Source of the DNA: Actinomycetota bacterium
GTDB lineage: Bacteria; Actinomycetota; Actinomycetes; S36-B12
Assembly (NCBI GenBank): GCA_046046455.1
Contig: JBJOJS010000023.1
Span: forward strand, 13,167 to 77,166
Direction: 5' to 3'
Length of the DNA: 64,000 nt
Every line of letters begins with the position of its first letter. Within the stretch, counting starts at the first letter, position 1. Positions 42,644-51,520 of the stretch are shown piece after piece. The position numbers and the translations under genes are program-made. The notes below the pieces were generated by a model. The model had not been told where the DNA came from. It saw only the letters and a list, made by a program, of their open reading frames with translations, and did no database searches.

Positions 42644-44583
42644 GACGGGGCCCCCACCTTCTCGTCGTACTGCTTCTCGAGGGTCTTCGGATCGAGCGGG
42701 TCGGGTACGCCGTAGTCGTAGGGCAGTTTGGTGACGACGGGCAGGACGGGGAAGTTCTCCAGCGGCACGGGTGTCTGCGTCTGCCAGTCGAGGGTCTGCG
42801 CGTGCCACGGATTGGACGAGGCCACCTCCCCGCTGCGCCACGAGTGGATGATCGCGGCGAGGAAGATGAGCATGCCGATGCCGATGACATATGCGCCGAT
42901 GGTGGAGATCCAGTTCGAGATATTGAACATGTTGTCGAACTGCAGCACGCGACGCGGCTGGCCCTGCAGTCCGGCGACGAACATCGACATGAAGGTGATC
43001 TGGAAGCCGGCGAAGGCCGTCCAGAAACCGATTGATCCCATGCGCTCGTCGAGGAAGCGGCCGGTCATCTTGGGGAAGTAGTAGGCCACCGCGCCCATGG
43101 CACCGAAGAGGCCCGCTCCCATGAGCATGTAATGGAAGTGCGCGGTGACGAACATGTTGCCGTGGAAGTACTGGTCGGCGGGCACGTCAGAGAGGTAGAC
43201 GCCGGTGACCCCGCCGATCATCTTGTTGAAGATCACTGCGAAGACGGCCATCATCGGCAGGCGGCTCCAGAAGGTGCCGCGCCACATCGTGCCGATGACG
43301 ACGAGCACGAGGAAGCCCACCGGGATCGAGATCATCTCCGTCGAGAGCATGAAGGGATAGTTGGCCTGCGGGGCCCATCCGGTCATGTACATGTGATGCG
43401 CCCACACTAGGCCGCTGAGGCCGACGACGCCGACGATGCCGGCAATGGCCATGTAGTAGCTGAAGAGCGGCTTGCGCATGAAGACGGGGATGAGCTCCAT
43501 CATCACGGCCATGCTCGGGATGAGGATGACGTAGACCTCGGGGTGGCCGAGCAACCAGAAGAGGTTCTCGTAGAGCCAGACGCTGCCGCCCTCGATCGGG
43601 TTGAAGAACGACGTATTGATGAGGCGGTCGGTCATCGACAGGATCTGCGAGTACATGTAGAACGGGAAGGCGTAGAGGCCCATGGCCGCCGCGGCGAACG
43701 CGCCGTAGATGAGGATCGGCGTACGCGACCACGTCATGCCCTTGGCGCGCATCGTCAGGACCGTGGTCATGATGTTGACGCTCGCCAGCGCGGTCGAGAC
43801 CGCGAAGACGATGATCGTCGTCTGGTAGCCGATCATCCCGGGCCCAGCCTGGGAGTTGAGCGGCTGGTAGACGCTCCAGCCGTCGCGGATGCCGCCGACG
43901 AGCAGCGACAGGATGAGCGGGGGCACCGCGCAGACGAGCAGCCAGATGCTCAGTGCGTTGAGGCGCGGGAAGGCCATGTCGCGCGCACCGCACATGAGCG
44001 GCACGATGAAGTTGCCCACCGGGCCGGAGACGACCACGATCATCGCGATGACCATGGCGATTCCGTGCGTGCCGACGAGGGAGTTGTAGAAGTCGGGATT
44101 GAAGACTTCCATCCACGTCGCGCCCAGCTCCGTGCGGATGAGCATCGCGAGGAGGCCGCCGAAGCCGAGGATGATCATGGCGACGATGAGGTACTGGATG
44201 CCGACCACCTTGTGATCGGTGGTGAAGCGCCAGTAGCGGAACTTGCCCTGGTCCTTGCCCGCCATGAACTCCGCGTCCTCGTGGGTGAGGTCGCGTCCGA
44301 GGAGCCAGCGGATCGGGCCGACGAAGGCGCCCATGCCACCCATGAAGCCGATGACCCAGCCGACCATCATCGCCCAGAAGACCGGGCCGGACGCGGCGTT
44401 GGCGAAGGTGGCGGTGAGCGCGCCCGCGGGGAACTGCAGGCTCATGACGTAGCCGAAGACGAGGGCGAGGACGACTCCGCCGATGAGTCCGGTGAAGAAG
44501 TTGAGGTGGCGCATGATGCCGCCCGGCTTGCCGTGCTGCTTGGGCTGCGGCACCTCTACCTGGTGGATCGTCGCGGTGCTCAT
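42640..44583 (-). CDS. ctaD: heme-copper (cytochrome c) oxidase subunit I, N-terminally extended
   Basis: 647 aa. GHPEVYVILIPSMAV, WAHHMYMTGW and TAHFHYMLMG are the canonical heme a/CuB ligand motifs. About 100 extra N-terminal residues add two further hydrophobic helices. Confidence 0.93.
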   Translation of the reverse strand: MSTATIHQVEVPQPKQHGKPGGIMRHLNFFTGLIGGVVLALVFGYVMSLQFPAGALTATFANAASGPVFWAMMVGWVIGFMGGMGAFVGPIRWLLGRDLTHEDAEFMAGKDQGKFRYWRFTTDHKVVGIQYLIVAMIILGFGGLLAMLIRTELGATWMEVFNPDFYNSLVGTHGIAMVIAMIVVVSGPVGNFIVPLMCGARDMAFPRLNALSIWLLVCAVPPLILSLLVGGIRDGWSVYQPLNSQAGPGMIGYQTTIIVFAVSTALASVNIMTTVLTMRAKGMTWSRTPILIYGAFAAAAMGLYAFPFYMYSQILSMTDRLINTSFFNPIEGGSVWLYENLFWLLGHPEVYVILIPSMAVMMELIPVFMRKPLFSYYMAIAGIVGVVGLSGLVWAHHMYMTGWAPQANYPFMLSTEMISIPVGFLVLVVIGTMWRGTFWSRLPMMAVFAVIFNKMIGGVTGVYLSDVPADQYFHGNMFVTAHFHYMLMGAGLFGAMGAVAYYFPKMTGRFLDERMGSIGFWTAFAGFQITFMSMFVAGLQGQPRRVLQFDNMFNISNWISTIGAYVIGIGMLIFLAAIIHSWRSGEVASSNPWHAQTLDWQTQTPVPLENFPVLPVVTKLPYDYGVPDPLDPKTLEKQYDEKVGAPS

Positions 44584-45437
44584 GAGGTCTTACCCCCGCC
44601 CGTCTCGCGCATGAAGGTCTCGAAGGTTTCCTCGGGTAGCACGCGGATCTGCGTCTCCATGTAGGCGTGGTGCAGGCCGCAGAGCTCAGCGCAGCGCACG
44701 TTGAAGACGCCCTCCTTGCTGGGGGTCACGCCCGTCTGCGTGATGGCACCGGGATTGGCGTCGATCTTGACGCCGAGCTCGACCGCCCAGAAGTTGTGGA
44801 TGACGTCCACCGAGGTCACGTTGAAGAGCACGGGACGATCCTTGGGGAGGTAGAGCACGTCACTCGCGAACTTGTCGTACTGCGGGTACTCGAAGGTCCA
44901 CACCCACTGCTGGCCCGTGACATTGACGACCAGGGCATCCTCGGTCTTGGGCTGCCCCGTGGCCGACGTGGAGCCGTAGGAGTCCGCGGTGATGTCCGCG
45001 AGCTCGATCAGGCCCCACACGACGAGGAACGCCGCCAGCAGGCTGGAGGCCGCCGTCCAGGTGATGACGGCAACCGCGTTGGTGCGGATCGCGGGGTTGT
45101 CGTTGTTGGGTGGAGCATCGCCGCTCTTGCCCTTCCAGCCGAAGAGGCTGTAGAGCAGCACCGCGAAGACGAACGCCGTGATGGGGATCGACACCAGGGT
45201 GAAGACGAAGATCGTCTGCTGGATGTCGGCCATGATCGACGATGCGGGGCCGCCCGACTGGTTCATCGCCGCGAGCATCAGCCAGGCCAGCGGCAGGAGC
45301 AGGAAGCCCACGACCACCGTGATGATGAGGATGTGTCGCACGTAGCGGCGCTGCAGCCACTCGCGCAGGCGGTGCATGGCCGGGGGCCTGTTGGTCGGCG
45401 CCTCGGGCTCTTCGGCCGGGATCATCGTGTCGGCCAT
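44580..45437 (-). CDS. ctaC: cytochrome c oxidase subunit II (CuA)
   Basis: 285 aa. DVIHNFWAVELG plus CAELCGLHHAYM matches the CuA motif H...CxExCGxxHxxM. Two N-terminal TM helices. ATGA overlap with subunit I. Confidence 0.9.
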   Translation of the reverse strand: MADTMIPAEEPEAPTNRPPAMHRLREWLQRRYVRHILIITVVVGFLLLPLAWLMLAAMNQSGGPASSIMADIQQTIFVFTLVSIPITAFVFAVLLYSLFGWKGKSGDAPPNNDNPAIRTNAVAVITWTAASSLLAAFLVVWGLIELADITADSYGSTSATGQPKTEDALVVNVTGQQWVWTFEYPQYDKFASDVLYLPKDRPVLFNVTSVDVIHNFWAVELGVKIDANPGAITQTGVTPSKEGVFNVRCAELCGLHHAYMETQIRVLPEETFETFMRETGGGKTS

Positions 45438-46135
45438 CAGACGACCTCGAGGGTGCCGGACATCCAGCCGCGCTGCTGCATCGGACCGCCGAACTCCTGG
45501 TACTGATCACCGCACGGGAACTCGCAGTTCCACACGTAGGTGCCCGGCGCGCCCGTCCGGAAGGTGAAGGTCACTTCCTTCGGGTTATCGACGTAGGGGT
45601 TGGCATTGCCCACCTCATTGGCGCCGAGATCCGGCAACGGCACGGAGAGGAAGAGGTAGGGCTGGCCGCTCTCGGGGTACTGGTGGACGGTGAAGGTGTG
45701 CGCGACCTTGGTCGGATCCACCTCGGTCACCGTCTTGCCGTTGACGGTCATCGTGCCGTCGACCGTGCCGTGCACCTTGGCCCAGTAGGGATTGAAGACG
45801 CGACCCCCGGAGTCGTACTGGTAGATCGTCACGGTGACAAGGGAGTTCGCCGGCACCTGCAGGGTCGTGGACGGCCAGTAGAAGGGCCAGCCCTGGCTCG
45901 CGTAGAGCGCATTGACGCCCTCGGTCGGTCCCGGAACGGCGTCAGAGCTGTTGGGGTAGACGTAGAGCTCGAGGTTGGCGGCGTTCACCGGTCCCTCGGG
46001 CGTGTCGACGGTGCCGGCCGGCTCCGCGACGAGCAGAGGCGGCTCGCCGCTCGTGGTGCTGGCGAAGACCGCGACACCCGCGACGACTCCGGCACCGATG
46101 AGCACGGAGACGAGCGCGACAAGGAAACGCTTCAC
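45437..46135 (-). CDS. membrane-anchored cupredoxin-like protein
   Basis: 232 aa. N-terminal anchor FLVALVSVLIGAGVVAGVAVFA, then a beta-rich domain ending YVWNCEFPCGDQYQEFGGPMQQRGWMSG. Its stop shares 1 nt with the subunit II start. Confidence 0.7.
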   Translation of the reverse strand: MKRFLVALVSVLIGAGVVAGVAVFASTTSGEPPLLVAEPAGTVDTPEGPVNAANLELYVYPNSSDAVPGPTEGVNALYASQGWPFYWPSTTLQVPANSLVTVTIYQYDSGGRVFNPYWAKVHGTVDGTMTVNGKTVTEVDPTKVAHTFTVHQYPESGQPYLFLSVPLPDLGANEVGNANPYVDNPKEVTFTFRTGAPGTYVWNCEFPCGDQYQEFGGPMQQRGWMSGTLEVV

Positions 46136-46277
46136 GTCCCCCCTTCCCGAGAGCGTGGGACGGGCCGTGGGTGCACAGCCGTGGGCTCAGGTTAGGGGTC
46201 GGCGAGGCCGCCGTCCGGTATTCGACGCGAAATCATTGCGAATTCATCCTCGCGCCCCCGATGTCTATCGTGGGCAC

Positions 46278-47126
46278 ATGACGCCGTGGGTCCCTGGTGA
46301 GGATCTGTGGACGGTCGATCTCTTCGTCACGACCAACCTCATCCTGGTCACGGCCCTCTACCTCATCGGCGTGCGCGTCCTTGCCAGCCGTGGGCTCACA
46401 TGGTCTGCCTGGCGCACCGGCACCTTCCTCATCGCGATGGCACTGCTGGCCGTGGCCTATCTGGGTCCCTTCGAGACGCTCGCGCACACCTACTTCTGGG
46501 CGCACATGGGCCAGCACCTCATCGTGATGATGCTCGCCGCGCCCTTCATCGTGCTCTCGTGCCCGGTGGCCCTGGCCGTGCTCGCGACCTCGGGTCGCAC
46601 GCGGGCGGCGATCATCCGTGGCCTGCGCTCGCCGATCGGGCTCGCGCTCGTCAACCCGGTGGTGACGTGGGTGCTCTTCGTCACCGTGCTCATCGGCTCG
46701 CACATCACGCCGGTCATGGAGTGGGTTCTCGGCGATCACGACGCCATGGCCTACGTCGAGCGTCCGCTCTACCTGATCGCGGCGCTGCTGTTCTACTACC
46801 CGCTCATCGGCAACGACATGTGCGCGCGGCGACCCAAGCCGGCCTACCGCCTGCTCTCGCTCGGGCTCATGATGATCCCCGAGACCGCTCTCGGGGCGAT
46901 CATCTTCCTCGCCCCCGTCACTCTCTACCCCACGTACGTCGCCGCGACGACGGCTGCGGGCGGCGACCCGCTCGTCGATCAGCAGCTCGCCGGAGCGCTC
47001 ATGTGGGCGATCACGATGGTGATCGACTCGATATGGATGATGGTGGCGGCAGTGGAGTGGTGGCGGTCCGAGGAGCGTCGCACATCGCTCCAGGAGCGCC
47101 GCGAGCAGCAGGAGGTGTCCCGATGA
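46278..47126 (+). CDS. ctaG: cytochrome c oxidase assembly protein (Caa3_CtaG family)
   Basis: ATG 46278. 282 aa, multi-TM. YFWAHMGQHLIVMMLAAPFIVL and PETALGAIIF...QQLAGALMW are typical of this family. Confidence 0.85.
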   Translation: MTPWVPGEDLWTVDLFVTTNLILVTALYLIGVRVLASRGLTWSAWRTGTFLIAMALLAVAYLGPFETLAHTYFWAHMGQHLIVMMLAAPFIVLSCPVALAVLATSGRTRAAIIRGLRSPIGLALVNPVVTWVLFVTVLIGSHITPVMEWVLGDHDAMAYVERPLYLIAALLFYYPLIGNDMCARRPKPAYRLLSLGLMMIPETALGAIIFLAPVTLYPTYVAATTAAGGDPLVDQQLAGALMWAITMVIDSIWMMVAAVEWWRSEERRTSLQERREQQEVSR

Positions 47127-47698
47127 AGGCCGTGACGGTCCTCGTGGGCGCGGCTGTGCTCCTCACCGCGTGCTCAGGATCGGGGATGTACGCCGCCACG
47201 CCCGTCGTCACGATCCCCGCGACCTCGGCCGCGATCAACGACGTCGTCGGAGTCACGATCATTCCCGCCGCAGAGCGCGAGCAGACGATCGTCATCGGGG
47301 GCGAGACTGCCGACGGCACCGAACTCTCCACCGCGCAGATGGGTGGTGACATCGTCGTGGTGAATGCGTGGGCCTCATGGTGCCCGCCGTGCATCGAGGA
47401 GCTCCCCCTGCTCGCATCTGCCGCCGAGTCCTACGCCGACCAGGGCGTGACCTTCGTCGGCCTCAACTCCCTCGATGACCCGATCGCGGCGGCGAGCCTG
47501 CTCGGATCGAGCCCGTATCGCAGCATCGACGACCGCGATGGGGCGATCCTCGCGACCATCCCGGGTGTGCCACCGCGTTCGCTCCCGAGCACCGTGATCC
47601 TCGACCGTCAGGGCCGCATCGCGGTGCGCATCATCGGCCCCGTGAAGCCCGGCCAGCTCGAGCAGGCGCTCGACATGCTCGTCGCCGAGCCTGCCTGA
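47123..47698 (+). CDS. TlpA/ResA-like thiol-disulfide oxidoreductase lipoprotein
   Basis: ATGA overlap with ctaG. Lipobox LLTACSG. Thioredoxin fold with VNAWASWCPPCIEELP (CxxC). Confidence 0.85.
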   Translation: MKAVTVLVGAAVLLTACSGSGMYAATPVVTIPATSAAINDVVGVTIIPAAEREQTIVIGGETADGTELSTAQMGGDIVVVNAWASWCPPCIEELPLLASAAESYADQGVTFVGLNSLDDPIAAASLLGSSPYRSIDDRDGAILATIPGVPPRSLPSTVILDRQGRIAVRIIGPVKPGQLEQALDMLVAEPA

Positions 47699-47711
47699 GG
47701 CCCGGGCCTGC

Positions 47712-49187
47712 CTAGGAGAAGGCGACCGTGACGCTGGCGGCGGGGATCTTCTGAGTCTTCTTGCCGACCTTCGCGGAGCATGTGGCCGTCAGCGTCGCCT
47801 GCGAGCCCTTGGCCGCCTTGAGTCGGCTCATGAGCGCGGGCGCGGTGACGCCGGTATTCAACTGACCATTCGTCGCCTTGGCCTTCGTGGCGATCTTGCT
47901 GGTCACCTTGCCGGCTCGCGCCGTGACATCGCACATCGCACCCGGCACCGTCGCCAGACGGATCGTGGGCTGCGTCGTCGCGGTAGAGCCGAACGCGCGG
48001 ACGGGATTCGAGTTTGTCTGCGCCGGGGAGACGAAACGCGTGACGCCAGCCTTGGTCACTGTCCTCAAGGACAGGCCCTCACCCGTGCTCGCGCGCACGA
48101 CGGATTCCAGCGCGCGCACCATCGCCGTTGACGCGCCGGGATTCACGCACGTGCTGAAGCCCTCCGGCGGGACATTGCCCTCTTCGCCGGGAATGCACGG
48201 AGGGACGTTCGGATCTTCGTCGCTCGGCGGCAGGTTGGCAGCGACGTCGTCGCAGTAGTACCAGCCCGGACCCTGCCAGCCGGGCTGCGTCGGCATGCCC
48301 GGGGGAAGGGGCGGCAACTGCATCCAGCCCTGCGGATTGGCGGGCTGGGACGCGGAGTACTGGCAGCCCACCAGGCTCTGGGTCGGCCCCCCGCCCATGA
48401 GCTCGTCGCAGTTGGGCACCTCGGGTGGGCATGCGGTGTCGATGTCGAGGCTCAGCGGGATAGTGACGGCGGCGTACCCCCGCTGGACGAGCGTCCCTTC
48501 GCCGGTGCGCCCGGCATAGGCCCCGGTCGCTCCCGTGAGGTAGGCCTGCACCGTCATGTCGTAGGCAACGCAGAAGGAGTCCCCGCTGCCCTGGATGGTG
48601 ATCCCGGCCTCCTCGCACGTCACTCGCTCGGAATCCTGGGTGTAGTCGCCGAACGACTCCAAGGTCCCGGCCAGTTGGGACTTCTGCGCATCGTCCACGC
48701 TGATCGTCCACGAGCACGACACGTGACCGCTGCCTGACATGCCGTAGGGATTGGGTCCGTAGCCGGGAAGTCCGGATGCCGCGACGGCGATGCTGAAGAA
48801 GCTGGAGCGCTTCTGTCCTACCTCGCAGAGCAGTGTGAAACTGCCCGTCCCCGACTGGCCTTCGGCAGAGGCCGACGCCGTGCCGTTGATGGCGACACTG
48901 GAGAGGATCCGCTCCATCGTGACGGTGCACAGGATCTCGTTGCCCGGCTTGGAGATCGCCTGTGTGAGACCCATTGCCGGCCCCGCGGTCATCTCCATCG
49001 TGAATGACTCGCCGAGGCTCTGGTGGCAGATGGTGCTCGCGGAGTCGCGAATGTTGCCGATGAGCGGCGAGCTCATGGTGTACTCGAACTCCAGGTCATC
49101 GGGGATGGTCGCGCCTGAAGCGGGGAGCGCACCTGCCAGAAGCGTGCCGACGGCGATCAGAGCTGCGGTGACATAGCCAGGACGCAT
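47712..49187 (-). CDS. secreted Cys-rich protein of unknown function
   Basis: ATG 49185-49187 gives MRPGYVTAALIAVGTLLAGALPASGA (signal peptide). 491 aa with more than 15 Cys. A Pro/Gly/Trp-rich central segment (QGWMQLPPLPPGMPTQPGWQGPGWYYCDD) and a Lys/Thr-rich C-terminus. No motif I recognise. Confidence 0.6.
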   Translation of the reverse strand: MRPGYVTAALIAVGTLLAGALPASGATIPDDLEFEYTMSSPLIGNIRDSASTICHQSLGESFTMEMTAGPAMGLTQAISKPGNEILCTVTMERILSSVAINGTASASAEGQSGTGSFTLLCEVGQKRSSFFSIAVAASGLPGYGPNPYGMSGSGHVSCSWTISVDDAQKSQLAGTLESFGDYTQDSERVTCEEAGITIQGSGDSFCVAYDMTVQAYLTGATGAYAGRTGEGTLVQRGYAAVTIPLSLDIDTACPPEVPNCDELMGGGPTQSLVGCQYSASQPANPQGWMQLPPLPPGMPTQPGWQGPGWYYCDDVAANLPPSDEDPNVPPCIPGEEGNVPPEGFSTCVNPGASTAMVRALESVVRASTGEGLSLRTVTKAGVTRFVSPAQTNSNPVRAFGSTATTQPTIRLATVPGAMCDVTARAGKVTSKIATKAKATNGQLNTGVTAPALMSRLKAAKGSQATLTATCSAKVGKKTQKIPAASVTVAFS

Positions 49188-49260
49188 GGGGACTCCATTC
49201 CTCGGCAGGAGTGTGGAGCGCTCAGGGCGCCGAGGCAAGGCGAATGCGGATAACGATCCC

Positions 49261-50223
49261 TCAGCGGAGCGAATGGGACATTTCACGGCCGAGCGCATCG
49301 CCGGATACCCATGCGGATTGGGTGCGGGGCTGCCCTGCCCAGCCATCGCCCGCGCGACCCACCACCCCATCGAAGGCGAAGGACTCGGGGCGGGCGTGGG
49401 CGGGGCGGGCGTAGGTCCAGCGCTTCACGGTGAACCACGCGGGCGCGGCCCCGCTGAGATTGCGGAGCACGGCGAGCATGGCGGGCGCCGCGGTGACCGG
49501 CTCGGTGAGGTGCCCCGCGGCAAGCACCGGCGTCGAGTGCGCCACGAGCACGGGTGCGTCGTCACCGCGTCGCGAGCCGTCGTCGGCAATGAAGGACAGC
49601 ACCGGATCGTCGTTGACGAAGGCGCCGTCGAAGTCCCAGGTGCGCTCGGGATAGACGGCGACGAGCGCCATCACCGGCTCCCACAGGGGAGCGTCACCTA
49701 CGGGCACCAGCGCGTCCATCTGCGGGTCAGGGCCGCAGAGAGCCACTGCGCGGTAGTCGCGATCGGCGACGCGTACACCGCTATTGCCGACGTCCACGCT
49801 AGTCACATCGACGGGGTGGCGGATCTCCACGAGATCCGAGGGCAGGACCGATGCAAGGTCCTCGACCAGGCTGCGCAGTCCACGCGGGGCGGCGTAGCGC
49901 ACGGGACCCGACTTGGTGCCGAGGATCGCGCTGCCGTCCGCGATGTGGAAGGTGTCGGTCCACGGCCGCACGAGCCCGCGGTCGACCCAGTCGCCCACGA
50001 CCTCGCCGAACGCCGTGTCGTCGACCGTGAAGTAGGACGCACCCACGTCGACCACGCGTCCGTCATAGGGCGTGCCCGTGTCACGGAGAGTCTGCGTGGC
50101 GAGGCGACCGCCGAGGCGATGTCCGCGATCGAGGACGTCCACCGTGAGGCCGGCGTCCGCCAGTGCGGTGGCGCAGGCGATGCCGCTTATGCCGCCGCCG
50201 ATCACCGCGACATCCGCCATCAT
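49261..50223 (-). CDS. NAD(P)/FAD-dependent oxidoreductase (amine-oxidase/renalase-like)
   Basis: MMADVAVIGGGISGIACATALADAGLTVDVLDRGHRLGGR is a dinucleotide-binding GxGxxG-beta-alpha-beta motif. 320 aa. Confidence 0.8.
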   Translation of the reverse strand: MMADVAVIGGGISGIACATALADAGLTVDVLDRGHRLGGRLATQTLRDTGTPYDGRVVDVGASYFTVDDTAFGEVVGDWVDRGLVRPWTDTFHIADGSAILGTKSGPVRYAAPRGLRSLVEDLASVLPSDLVEIRHPVDVTSVDVGNSGVRVADRDYRAVALCGPDPQMDALVPVGDAPLWEPVMALVAVYPERTWDFDGAFVNDDPVLSFIADDGSRRGDDAPVLVAHSTPVLAAGHLTEPVTAAPAMLAVLRNLSGAAPAWFTVKRWTYARPAHARPESFAFDGVVGRAGDGWAGQPRTQSAWVSGDALGREMSHSLR

Positions 50224-50231
50224 CGTCTCCC

Positions 50232-50636
50232 CTAGTCCCGGAGGCTGGGATCGCAGTCGACGATGAAGGTCGCGCAGCGCTCCGCCTCGTCGTCCTCGCC
50301 GATGGCTGCGGCGGCGCGCTGCAGCGCGATGAGGCAGCGCAGGAAGCCGCGGTTGGGCTCATGTGACCAGGGCACGGGGCCGTGACCCTTCCACCCATTG
50401 CGTCGCAGGGCATCGAGGCCGCGGTGGTAGCCCACGCGCGCGAAGGCGTAGGACTCCACGACGCGACCTTCATTCCACGCGGAATCCGAGAGAACCGCCC
50501 ACGCGAGGCTCGACTGCGGATGACGTCGCGCGACGTCGTACGCGTCAGCACCGCCTTCGAGCTCAGTGCGCGCGTCGACGTCGTCGGGAAGCAGGGTCGG
50601 GGGCGGACCCCCGAGGAGGTTCTCGTGCAGGCTCAC
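50232..50636 (-). CDS. DUF3151 domain-containing protein
   Basis: 134 aa. The pattern HPQSSLAWAVLSDSAWNEGRVVESYAFARVGYHRGLDALRRNGWKGHGPVPWSHEPNRGFLR is the one I associate with actinobacterial DUF3151 proteins found near fba and purA. Confidence 0.7.
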   Translation of the reverse strand: MSLHENLLGGPPPTLLPDDVDARTELEGGADAYDVARRHPQSSLAWAVLSDSAWNEGRVVESYAFARVGYHRGLDALRRNGWKGHGPVPWSHEPNRGFLRCLIALQRAAAAIGEDDEAERCATFIVDCDPSLRD

Positions 50637-50650
50637 ACCCGCATCCTGCC

Positions 50651-51514
50651 CTACCCGAGTTCGAAGCTGGTGCTGCCCCAGATCCGTTCGAGCGGCAGCG
50701 GCCGCACGTCTCCGCGATACATCCGCGTGCAGGCGAAGGTCGACACCATGCCCAGCGACTCGGCCAGGGAGACGGCGGCTTGGTGCGGAGCCGGGATATC
50801 GATGACGAGGTCGTCACCCCATGACGCAGCCGTCGTGGCGCAGGCGGCCAGCAGGGCGAGTGCGACGTCCTCGTCCTCGGCGAAGAGCGGACCGATGCGC
50901 GCGCCACGGCCGATCATGGGTCGCACCGTCGCGTAGCCGCGAGTGTCCGGCCCGCGGCCGATGACGTACGACGTACGCGGGGAATCCGGTGCGAGCCAGG
51001 CGCGTACGAACTGCTCACGGCGCGCCGGTACGTGCTCCTCGTCGTAGTCGATGAGCGCCTCGATGTCCGCCGGTCCGACGTCGTCCACGGGCATGGAGCG
51101 CCCCGCCAGGGCTGCCGAGATGTCCTGGGCGCTGCCGACATATCGCTTCGTCAGGTGGGCGGGGACGTAGCCAAGGGAGGCGTATGTCGCCACCTGCTCC
51201 TCGACTCCGTCGAGGCCGCTCGCCGCCGGGCCGATGCGCTCGAGCGCCGCGTCGAAGATCTGGTGCCCGATACCTCGGCCCCGCAGCCCCGGGTCGACGA
51301 TGTAGTAGCCGATGAAGGAGTAGGTGTCGTCGTAGCGCACGGCGCTGATCGAGCCCACGGGTCGATCAGCAGCCCACGCGAGCAGGAAGCCTCCGGGGTC
51401 GGCGAGGTGGAACGCCTCCACATCCCCGCGGCCCGCGCCCCAGCCCTCGCGCAGCGCCCACTCCTGGAAGAGGTGCATCTGATCCGCGCTGGCCGTGCGG
51501 ATCTCGAGGTCCAT
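50651..51514 (-). CDS. GNAT family N-acetyltransferase with YitH-like C-terminal domain
   Basis: 287 aa. IGYYIVDPGLRGRGIGHQIFDAAL is the acetyl-CoA binding motif Q/RxxGxG/A. Confidence 0.8.
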   Translation of the reverse strand: MDLEIRTASADQMHLFQEWALREGWGAGRGDVEAFHLADPGGFLLAWAADRPVGSISAVRYDDTYSFIGYYIVDPGLRGRGIGHQIFDAALERIGPAASGLDGVEEQVATYASLGYVPAHLTKRYVGSAQDISAALAGRSMPVDDVGPADIEALIDYDEEHVPARREQFVRAWLAPDSPRTSYVIGRGPDTRGYATVRPMIGRGARIGPLFAEDEDVALALLAACATTAASWGDDLVIDIPAPHQAAVSLAESLGMVSTFACTRMYRGDVRPLPLERIWGSTSFELG

Positions 51515-51520
51515 CGCGGG

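Noticed and set aside
46307-47698. 463-aa ORF apparently fusing a long N-terminal region to the TlpA-like domain
   Set aside because: Its first 272 codons are an alternative frame of ctaG with Arg/Pro/His-rich composition. The ATG at 47123 (ATGA overlap with the ctaG stop) gives a clean lipoprotein signal followed by a thioredoxin fold.
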